NCBI RefSeq assembly: GCF_947492365.1
Contig: NZ_CANLMB010000001.1
Location: 1,476,874 to 1,540,873, forward strand
Source: an uncultured Erythrobacter sp.
GTDB lineage: Bacteria > Pseudomonadota > Alphaproteobacteria > Sphingomonadales > Sphingomonadaceae
Direction: 5' to 3'
Length of the DNA: 64,000 nt
Part shown: positions 1 through 7,631 of the stretch, piece by piece
How positions within the stretch are numbered: the first letter of the stretch is position 1
Layout of the letters: the number at the start of each line of letters is the position of its first letter
Notes under the pieces: model-generated
What the model was told of the DNA's origin: nothing
The model's input: only the letters and a program-made list of their open reading frames with translations
Database searches by the model: none
Translations under genes and position numbers: made by a program

Positions 1-804
1 CGCAACATCAACCAGCACTGCACGGTGCTGCATCAGGCCGAGCATATCGCGGGTCACCAGCTTGGGTGCGCTCGCGCCGGGGATCAGCACCGCGCCGACA
101 ACCACGTCGGCATCGGTGATTGCGTTCTCGATTGTACCGGCATTGGAGTAGCGCGTGGTCACACGGCCCTGGAACATGTCGTCCAGCTCGCGGATGCGCG
201 GGAGCGAGCGGTCAAGTATCTCGACATTGGCGCCCAGACCCGCGGCCATACGCGCGGCCTGCGTGCCGACAACACCGCCGCCGATCACGACTACTTTCGC
301 CGGAAGCACGCCGGGCACACCGCCCATCAGAATGCCGCGCCCGCCATTGTTCTTGTGGCTCGCCTGCGCGCTGGCCTCAATCGAGAGCCGCCCTGCAACT
401 TCGCTCATCGGTGCGAGAAGCGGCAGGCCGCCATGCGCATCGGTGACAGTTTCGTATGCCACCGCCGAGACGCCGCTTTCCATCAGACCCTTGGCCTGTT
501 CGGGATCGGGCGCGAGGTGGAGATAGGTGAAGAGGATCTGGTCTTCGCGCAGCTGCACCCACTCATTGGGCTGCGGTTCCTTGACCTTCACCACCATTTC
601 AGCGCGGGCGAAGACTTCTTCAGCGCTATCGACGATCTCCGCACCGATGGCCCGGTAATCATCATCGGTCTTGGTGATGCCAAGGCCTGCGCCGCTTTCG
701 ACAACAACCGAATGGCCATTGGTCACATATTCACGAGCCGCTTCGGGCGTCAGGCCGACGCGATATTCGTGGTTCTTGATTTCCTTGGGAACGCCAACGA
801 GCAT
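1..804 (-). CDS. ald: Alanine dehydrogenase, N-terminal 268 codons; the C-terminus lies beyond the window edge
   Basis: My minus-strand translation from the ATG at 804-802 reads MLVGVPKEIKNHEYRVGLTPEAAREYV... It contains the Rossmann motif AKVVVIGGGVVGTQAARMAAG. The ORF is missing from the track because it runs off the window. The listed + ORF 25..888 is its antisense shadow. Confidence 0.85.
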   Translation of the reverse strand, partial: MLVGVPKEIKNHEYRVGLTPEAAREYVTNGHSVVVESGAGLGITKTDDDYRAIGAEIVDSAEEVFARAEMVVKVKEPQPNEWVQLREDQILFTYLHLAPDPEQAKGLMESGVSAVAYETVTDAHGGLPLLAPMSEVAGRLSIEASAQASHKNNGGRGILMGGVPGVLPAKVVVIGGGVVGTQAARMAAGLGANVEILDRSLPRIRELDDMFQGRVTTRYSNAGTIENAITDADVVVGAVLIPGASAPKLVTRDMLGLMQHRAVLVDVA

Positions 805-936
805 GATTCTCTCCGCTTCAATTACGGCGCGCAGAATACACCCGTTTGTCAGATGGTTCTCTGCAAAGTCTTGAGTGAAATTCCATAATGGTGCAGACTT
901 TCAGCATATTTCTGTACTATTGCGTGAGAAACCTGC

Positions 937-1404
937 ATGGAACTTGACTCTATTGATCTGAAGCTTCTGCAATCATTGTCCGAAGACGGGCGCATGAGCC
1001 ACCAGCAGCTCAGCGAAGAAATTGGCCGATCGCCCACCTCCATCGCCAGACGTTTGCGCCAGCTCGAAGACAGCCACCTTATCCGTCGCTACTCCGCCGA
1101 TATCGACGTTGCGCAGTTGGGTTTCGGCGTGACCGTCCATCTCAAGATCACGCTGGAAAGCCAGAGCAGCGCCGCGCTGAACGCGTTCGAGGAGGCTATT
1201 CGCGAAAGCCCTTCCGTAACCCAATGCGATCTGATGTCGGGCGGGCACGATTATTACGTTGTCGTCAAAGTCCGCTCGCTCGATCATTTTGGCGAGGTCC
1301 ACCGCGATGAATTGTCCAGCCTGCCCGGAGTAGTGCGCATGGAGACCAGCTTTGTCCTGCGCAAAGTGGTCGATCCGCGCCTTCCGCCCGGTTGGAGAGA
1401 TTGA
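937..1404 (+). CDS. Lrp/AsnC family transcriptional regulator
   Basis: The N-terminus has the AsnC-type HTH (LDSIDLKLLQSLSEDGRMSHQQLSEEIGRSPTSIARRLRQLED) and the C-terminus an RAM-like domain. It is divergent from ald, the classic Lrp-ald pairing. Confidence 0.9.
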   Translation: MELDSIDLKLLQSLSEDGRMSHQQLSEEIGRSPTSIARRLRQLEDSHLIRRYSADIDVAQLGFGVTVHLKITLESQSSAALNAFEEAIRESPSVTQCDLMSGGHDYYVVVKVRSLDHFGEVHRDELSSLPGVVRMETSFVLRKVVDPRLPPGWRD

Positions 1405-1466
1405 AACTCGCCCGCCATCTGCTACTTGGTTTCCATTGTAACCAACCCCGTTGAAAAGGAACCGCC

Positions 1467-2918
1467 ATGACCGCCTATCCAAATGTGAAAATGCTGATCG
1501 GCGGTGAGTGGGTCAGCGAAGGCGGGGAAGGCTCGTTTGCGGTTATCAATCCGGCAACCGAAGCAGAGATCGGCCGCGCGCCCAAGGTTTCCAAAGATCA
1601 GCTCGACGCAGCCCTCGCTGCGGCAGATGCGGCATTCCCGGTGTGGAGCGGGACGCCGGCTATCGAGCGTTTCCGCATCATTTCGCGCGCCGCCGCTTTG
1701 CTGCGCGAACGCGCCGAGACAATCGCGCGCGTGATGACGCTGGAAATGGGCAAGCCGCATGGGCAGGCGCTCGCCGAAACCGTGGGCGCGGCCGATCTGA
1801 TGGAATTCCTCGGCGAGGAAGCCAAGCGGCAGGGTGGACGTCTGGTGCCGGTCCGCAGTCACAACCTGCTTGAGCAACGCGTGATGCAGGTCCCGATTGG
1901 CCCCGCAATGCTCTTCACCCCGTGGAATTTCCCGATCAACCTGCCTGCAAAGAAGCTTGCTGGCGCGCTTGCCGCTGGCTGCTCGTGCATCCTCAAGCCT
2001 GCCGAAACGACGCCTGCGACCGCGCAGATGCTGGTCGAGTGCTTTATCGATGCGGGAATGCCCTCAGGGGCAATCAATCTGGTTTACGGCGATCCAGCGA
2101 TGATATCAGAGCATCTGATCACCGCACCAGCCACGCGCAAAGTCAGCTTCACCGGCTCGACCGCAGTTGGCAAACATCTGGGGGCACTGGCAGCACAGGG
2201 CCTCAAGCGCTTCACTGCAGAGCTGGGCGGCCATGCTCCGGTAGTGATCGGCGAGAGCGCCGATTTCGACCGAACCGTAGCGGCCTGCGCGGGAACCAAG
2301 TTTCGCAATGCCGGACAGGTTTGCGTCTCCCCTACCCGTTTCCTTGTCGCTCGCGGGATTTACGACAAGTTCGTCGCTGAATTCGCCCGCCGTTCGCAGG
2401 AGATCAAAGTCGGTGATGCAAGCGCCAGCGACGATGTCGATATGGGCCCGCTCGCCCATGCAGGGCGCGTGGCCGCGATGCAGGACCTGATGGGATCGCT
2501 TGGCGGAGAGCATGGCGAGATCGTTGCAGGTGGCTCTGTGATCGAAGGGCCCGGCCACTTCTTCCAACCCACCGTCATCGCCAACCCGTCAGCGGATTCG
2601 CGCCTGATGACCCAGGAACCCTTCGGCCCTGTCGCAGGCATCGTGCCCTATGACGATATCGAAGATGCGGTGAGCATCGCCAACTCGCTGCGATACGGCC
2701 TTGCTGCCTATGCCTTCACCGGATCGCTCGACGAAAGCCATTATCTCGGCAATTCGCTTCGCGCTGGCATGGTGGCGATCAACCACTTTGCGGTCGGCTC
2801 TCCTGAAACGCCTTTTGGCGGAACCGGCGACAGCGGCTTTGGCTCCGAAAGCGGCAGCGAGGGCTATCTCGGCTACACCGAGACAAAGCTTGTCACCGTC
2901 GCCAAATCGGCGCCGTGA
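1467..2918 (+). CDS. NAD(P)-dependent aldehyde dehydrogenase, succinate-semialdehyde DH-like
   Basis: 483 aa. ALDH hallmarks are present: FTPWNFP, the catalytic Glu context ELGGHAP and the catalytic Cys context NAGQVCVSPTR. Confidence 0.9.
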   Translation: MTAYPNVKMLIGGEWVSEGGEGSFAVINPATEAEIGRAPKVSKDQLDAALAAADAAFPVWSGTPAIERFRIISRAAALLRERAETIARVMTLEMGKPHGQALAETVGAADLMEFLGEEAKRQGGRLVPVRSHNLLEQRVMQVPIGPAMLFTPWNFPINLPAKKLAGALAAGCSCILKPAETTPATAQMLVECFIDAGMPSGAINLVYGDPAMISEHLITAPATRKVSFTGSTAVGKHLGALAAQGLKRFTAELGGHAPVVIGESADFDRTVAACAGTKFRNAGQVCVSPTRFLVARGIYDKFVAEFARRSQEIKVGDASASDDVDMGPLAHAGRVAAMQDLMGSLGGEHGEIVAGGSVIEGPGHFFQPTVIANPSADSRLMTQEPFGPVAGIVPYDDIEDAVSIANSLRYGLAAYAFTGSLDESHYLGNSLRAGMVAINHFAVGSPETPFGGTGDSGFGSESGSEGYLGYTETKLVTVAKSAP

Positions 2919-3330
2919 TCGCTAGGAAGTGTTGGGTGCGTTAGTTGTATCAGCCTAACTTAAGGCTGCGACTCGCAGATCAGCCGCGCAGACTCATTCT
3001 GGAAAGAAAGCGCGACCAGCGACTGGGAGCGGGCATCGGACGGATGCGTCCATAGCGCGCTCGGCGTGAACTTTCATCGCCAAAACAAACAGTTCGGCCC
3101 ATTGCGTCTGGGCCTGATGAGATGATTGTTGGTCTCTCCATGAGTCGCGTTCCCCGATTCGCGATTTTGTTATGTGAGGAAACTAACATCAAAACTGTGG
3201 AAAACTGAGTCAAAATTTGACCGATCGGCAAGTTTCGAAAAACTTCCAGTCAAGTCAGGGTTTTCCATAGGGTGTTGATACTGTGAATCGGCCACTTGCC
3301 AGCCTGCGCGCTGGCCTCGCGCCGTTCGCT

Positions 3331-4494
3331 CTAGCCCGTTCTAAGGGCTCCCGCTTCACGCACGTCGGCCAAGGTCGGATAACCGTTCACCGCCATTAGC
3401 AAGTCGGCCTCTGCGAGGATTGAGCGCAGTACCCACGCTGCCCCCTCCGCCGCGCCGATCGCGAGGCCGTAGGTGTAAGGCCGCCCTACTCCGACCGCTG
3501 TCGCGCCCAGCGCAAGCGCCTTCACTGCGTCGCTTCCCGAACGAATGCCGCTGTCGAAAAGAACCGGCGTATCGTCAGCCGCCGCAACTACGTCAGGCAG
3601 CAGATCGATCGTCGCGATCCCGCCATTGGCCTGACGCCCTCCATGGTTGGAGCAGTAGATCGCATCGGCTCCGTGATCGATCGCCTTGCGCACGTCTTCC
3701 GGGTGGCAAATGCCCTTGAGCACAATCGGAAGGTCAGTGACCGACTTGAACCAGGCCACGTCCTCCCATGTCAGAACTTGCCCGAAAATCGCAGCGAACA
3801 GCATGATCGCCGCCTTGGGATCCTCTTCCGGCGGCTTTTCGAGCAACGAGCGAAAGACTGGATCGGTGAAATAGTTCTGCATCACCTTGCCGCGCAGTTG
3901 CGGGAAGTTTGATGCGTTGAGATCGCGCGGACGCCAGCCTGTCAGCCAGGTGTCGAGAGTGACCACAATCGCCTTTGCACCGGAGGCCTCGGCGCGCTTG
4001 ATCAAGCTCGTCGTAAGCTCGCTATTGCGCGGGGTGTAGAGCTGGAAAAAGGCGGGCGTGTCGCCTGTCTCCTTGAACACATCCTCAAGCGGATCGTTGC
4101 CGAGTGTCGAAACACAAAAGGGCACGCCCGTCATCGCCGAAGCGCGCGCGGCTGCCATATCGCCGTGGCGATCCTGCGTTGCCTCACCATTCACCCCGAC
4201 CGGCGCCATGAAGAGCGGCGTGGGTAAGTCCATGCCGAACAGATTGATCGACAGATCGCGCTCGGTGCAATCGACCATCATGCGGGGGACCATACCCCAA
4301 TGGTGGAATGCCGATGCGTTGGTGTCCTGTGTGTGCTCGTCTCCGCAGCCGCCCGCGACATAATTGGTCATCATCGGCCCGAGCGCCTCATGCGCGCGGC
4401 GCTCCAGCGTGGCGAAATCAACCGGGTAATCGGGCAGGATACCCTGTGTTCCGGCATTGTAGATCTCGTTCTGCATTCCGCCGAAATTGTGCAT
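3331..4494 (-). CDS. FMN-dependent alpha-hydroxy acid dehydrogenase/oxidase family, lactate 2-monooxygenase-like
   Basis: 387 aa with a TIM-barrel FMN enzyme signature: active-site motif YCSNHGGRQ and C-terminal DSGIRSGSDAVKALALGA. Confidence 0.8.
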   Translation of the reverse strand: MHNFGGMQNEIYNAGTQGILPDYPVDFATLERRAHEALGPMMTNYVAGGCGDEHTQDTNASAFHHWGMVPRMMVDCTERDLSINLFGMDLPTPLFMAPVGVNGEATQDRHGDMAAARASAMTGVPFCVSTLGNDPLEDVFKETGDTPAFFQLYTPRNSELTTSLIKRAEASGAKAIVVTLDTWLTGWRPRDLNASNFPQLRGKVMQNYFTDPVFRSLLEKPPEEDPKAAIMLFAAIFGQVLTWEDVAWFKSVTDLPIVLKGICHPEDVRKAIDHGADAIYCSNHGGRQANGGIATIDLLPDVVAAADDTPVLFDSGIRSGSDAVKALALGATAVGVGRPYTYGLAIGAAEGAAWVLRSILAEADLLMAVNGYPTLADVREAGALRTG

Positions 4495-4587
4495 GGCTGG
4501 CTGTCCTCTTACCCCGATTGTGCTTGCCGGTTATGAGAGCCGATAGTGCAGCCGCCAGCAAGCCCCTTTTCGCTAACGGGCAATTAT

Positions 4588-4625
4588 GAAAAGGGCCGGA
4601 GACCGCTTTAGGCGGCTCCAGCCCT
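4588..4625 (-). terminator. GC-rich hairpin with flanking T-runs, a candidate intrinsic terminator closing the TPS-CHAT-CHASE2 operon
   Basis: GGGCCGGAGACCGC (4593-4606) pairs with GCGGCTCCAGCCC (4612-4624), with one mismatch and one bulge. On the minus strand it is followed by TTTT (4589-4592) and on the plus strand by TTT. It sits about 30 nt after the stop at 4654. Confidence 0.5.
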
Positions 4626-4653
4626 TTCAAGTCACCGAGTGGAGACAAATTGC

Positions 4654-5403
4654 CTATTCGGCAGACGCTTCAAGAGTATCGGCCAGCAGCGCGAGTTGCG
4701 TCGTGCATCCGTTATCGATCAGTGCCTGCGCCAACGCATCGGGGGCCGCGTATTCTTCGTCCATTGTCACAAAGGTGACGTTGACCGAAGCCGCTTCACT
4801 GTCTTCGCCTGCAGGCGCGGTGATGGTGTAGTTTCCGCCATCCGTGATCGGCAGCCCATTGGGATCAAGCGCGCGCACGGCTTCGCTTTCGACAAAGGAC
4901 ACTTCGAGCGAACCTTGCGATGCGGCATCGCGGATCTGGTAGGTTTGCGCTTCGGTTGCCTCGGGACGCCACAGGCGCACGCTGCCAAGATCGTAAAGAC
5001 AGACATTGCCAGCCGCAGCGACATTCACAAACCACAGGTTCGGGCTGCGTGCCGGTGCGCCGGTCGCGCCGCTGCGCACCGCACCCGTGCGGACCCGCCG
5101 AGCGGCCCGTTGGCGCGTAAGGTTAGAGAAGCGCGCGCGGGTGCGGGTTGCCCCTTCGCCTACGCGGAAAGTGCCCGGCCCCTGCATCACGCGGGTGCCG
5201 TCATCGGTCAATACAGTGATCTTGTCGCCTGCGCGCAACGTGATCGAGGCTTCGTCGGCAACCTGACGGCCGACGGGATATTCACCCGCAGACGGTCCGG
5301 AAGATTTCACCACCACACCCGCGCTCGCAGCGCCGGGTACGGCCAAGACAGCGCCAACAAGCGCCAGACCCAAAAAACGGGCTTTCAATTTATCCGAGAA
5401 CAT
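4654..5403 (-). CDS. Secreted hypothetical protein with weak FecR-like N-terminal region
   Basis: Start chosen at the ATG at 5403, with GGGGGAG about 5 nt upstream and 10 nt after the cyclase stop. It has a signal peptide (KARFLGLALVGAVLAVPGAASA). The segment ITLRAGDKITVLTDDGTRVMQGPGTFRV resembles the FecR core. I do not recognise the C-terminal half. Confidence 0.6.
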   Translation of the reverse strand: MFSDKLKARFLGLALVGAVLAVPGAASAGVVVKSSGPSAGEYPVGRQVADEASITLRAGDKITVLTDDGTRVMQGPGTFRVGEGATRTRARFSNLTRQRAARRVRTGAVRSGATGAPARSPNLWFVNVAAAGNVCLYDLGSVRLWRPEATEAQTYQIRDAASQGSLEVSFVESEAVRALDPNGLPITDGGNYTITAPAGEDSEAASVNVTFVTMDEEYAAPDALAQALIDNGCTTQLALLADTLEASAE

Positions 5404-7489
5404 AAGCTCCCCCATCATTCAATTTCCGAATACGTTCGCCATAGTTACGTAGCGCGTCGTCATCCGGATGCATAGCAACCACCTCATCGATTAATTGTAC
5501 TGCTACGTCATGCTTGCTGTCGCTAAGCTGAGCGGCTTCAATTAATTTTTCGCGATGTTCGGGCGGGAAATCAGGCATGGGTTGATAGATATCAACGGGT
5601 TGCGCCCGTCCGCGCAGCACAATCCGGCCCATCGGCACCCACCAATCCGGATTGGATTTTTCAATAAATTCACGGCTAGCCGAAACCGACGACTGAAGGG
5701 GTTTGTTGGCTGCCTCAAGGCGCGCGGCGGTGTTCATGGAATCGCCCAGCGCAGTATACTGGATGCGCGAATCCCCGCCAAAGTTGCCGACAACCGCTTC
5801 GCCAAAGTGCAAACCCACCCGCGTCTTGCCGATCTTGGGCAGGTTCGGGTCCATCGCGGCGACCTCTTCGCGGAAATCCTCGCCAGCCTTCCACATTGCG
5901 TAGCCGGCCTTGGCCGCACGCTCGGCATCGTCAGCGCGCGCGATCGGTGCCCCCCAGAAGGCAACCACAGCGTCGCCGACATATTTGTCGATGACGCCGC
6001 CATGGTCGAGCACAACCTGACTGAGCAGCTCAAGATAGCGGTTGAGCAGCTTTGCGACCATTTCCGGTTCGATCGCATGGCTCATCTTGGTGAAGCCTTC
6101 GAGATCGCTGAACAGCACATAGATCTCGCGCTTTTCTCCGCCGAGCGAGAGCAATTCAGGCTCGTCGATGATCTGTTTGGCGATATCGGCCGGAATATAT
6201 TTGCCCAGCGCCCCTTGCGCGAAACTGCGCTGCGCTGAGCCTGCCGAGCGCGCTGCGGAAGTCACTGCGGTAAAGGCGACAATCCATGCGAGCAGCCAGC
6301 CAACCGCAGGCAGGCCGTAAGTGTCGATATCCTGGAAATGGAGCACGAAGGGAATGCCCACAAACAAAGCGGCGAGACCAAACAGCAGCGGCACCAGCTT
6401 AGGCGCAGGCCATTCCAACAGCGCGGTCAGCGCCGCGGTTGCTACCACAAGAAAGGCCATCGCCCACAGCGCCCAAGTCGGCACTTGCGGCAACACTTTG
6501 CCATCGAGCATTTGTGCAATGATCTCACCGTGCACCGAAAGCCCGGCTGGCTCAAAACCGGTCCATGATGTGAATGAGGTTTCGACACGGTCGTAATCGA
6601 CAATGTCGCCGCCGATCAGGACATACTTGCCCTCGATCTCTTGCGCGACGAACTCGGCAACGGCGGGGTCGAGATCGGTGAAGAGCTCGATGGAAAGCGA
6701 CTGGAACAGAGGCTCTTCGATATCGGCCTGTCCGCCTTCGCCCGCGCCTTCTTCTTCATCAAGTCCCGCGCGCAGTGCCCGGCGGTACTCGATCCCGCCA
6801 AGATAGCCTTCGAAGGCTTCGTAGGGCCCGCCTGCATCCTGCAACATCGCCCGCCCAAGCAATGGCGGCAGGTCTGGTTCGATCGTCGGCCAGATGCGCG
6901 TTGCGCCAAATGTGTTGTCGAGCCGGATGCTGGCAGGTCGCGAATTGGAGCCCTCAAGCGCGGCCATGAACTCCTCGAGGAAGATTTGTTGCTCGTAAAC
7001 AATATCGCTCGAATTGGTGGCAACGTTGGCATAGCCGACCAGCGTCGGCGTCTGCATATTACGCAAAGCTTCGATCAGCAGTTCGTCTTCAGCTTGGGGC
7101 TGGTCGAACAGAATATCGATCCCGATGGCCTTAGCGCCCATCTGGTCGAGATTGGTCAGCGCTTCGGCCAGCGCGTCGCGCGGCAACGGGGATCGCTGTT
7201 CGAGGTTGATGAGCGCCTGATCGTCATAGACGACCAGAATGATCCGGTCGTCCTGTTCGACCAGATCAGCCGCAAGGAAAGCGCGGGTGTCGTAAAGCGC
7301 TCTTTCGGCGGCATTGGTCAACGGAGTGGGTTCTTCGCCGCCGGGCAAGGTCCAGCTGAAACGGGCGAGAAACACTGCCACCAGCAGCAACAGACAGGTC
7401 GCGACCAGTTGCAGCGTACCGGCCTCGCGGACGCTTCGCCACCCGCGCGCAATCAGGCCGCCGCGCCGCTTCTTTCCTTCGTCTGTCAT
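5390..7489 (-). CDS. CHASE2 sensor domain-containing class III adenylate/guanylate cyclase
   Basis: Start at the ATG at 7489, preceded by GGAGGGG. An N-terminal TM segment is followed by a periplasmic CHASE2-like region (ILVVYDDQALINLEQRSPLPRDALAEALTNLDQMGAKAIGIDILFDQP). A cluster of TM helices follows. The cyclase homology domain then carries the metal-binding Asp motifs (VLFSDLEGFT and IDKYVGDAVVAFWGAP) and MNTAARLE. Confidence 0.9.
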   Translation of the reverse strand: MTDEGKKRRGGLIARGWRSVREAGTLQLVATCLLLLVAVFLARFSWTLPGGEEPTPLTNAAERALYDTRAFLAADLVEQDDRIILVVYDDQALINLEQRSPLPRDALAEALTNLDQMGAKAIGIDILFDQPQAEDELLIEALRNMQTPTLVGYANVATNSSDIVYEQQIFLEEFMAALEGSNSRPASIRLDNTFGATRIWPTIEPDLPPLLGRAMLQDAGGPYEAFEGYLGGIEYRRALRAGLDEEEGAGEGGQADIEEPLFQSLSIELFTDLDPAVAEFVAQEIEGKYVLIGGDIVDYDRVETSFTSWTGFEPAGLSVHGEIIAQMLDGKVLPQVPTWALWAMAFLVVATAALTALLEWPAPKLVPLLFGLAALFVGIPFVLHFQDIDTYGLPAVGWLLAWIVAFTAVTSAARSAGSAQRSFAQGALGKYIPADIAKQIIDEPELLSLGGEKREIYVLFSDLEGFTKMSHAIEPEMVAKLLNRYLELLSQVVLDHGGVIDKYVGDAVVAFWGAPIARADDAERAAKAGYAMWKAGEDFREEVAAMDPNLPKIGKTRVGLHFGEAVVGNFGGDSRIQYTALGDSMNTAARLEAANKPLQSSVSASREFIEKSNPDWWVPMGRIVLRGRAQPVDIYQPMPDFPPEHREKLIEAAQLSDSKHDVAVQLIDEVVAMHPDDDALRNYGERIRKLNDGGAYVLG

Positions 7490-7631
7490 TGCCCCTCCAA
7501 TGCCCCCATGGCCCAGCCATAGCACCGCGCAACCTACAAAGCGGTTTTGCACTGGCTACGCAAGTCACAGGGCCTGCGAAATCCCCTAGGGGCAGTTGCC
7601 TAGATCAGCTGCGCGAGCGGTCCGGGAATTG

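Noticed and set aside
25-888. 287-aa plus-strand ORF at the window start.
   Set aside because: It is antisense to a clear alanine dehydrogenase reading frame on the minus strand, which has a recognisable N-terminus and Rossmann motif. The plus-strand product has no recognisable features and an Arg/Ala/His-rich shadow composition.
3302-3318. 17-nt exact repeat gcctgcgcgctggcctc shared with 362-378 (inside ald).
   Set aside because: It is a short GC-rich, partly palindromic string. One such match is roughly what chance predicts for a 64-kb high-GC sequence. One copy is coding and the other forms a small hairpin (GCCAGC-N6-GCTGGC) after a stop codon. The similarity does not extend into the flanks.
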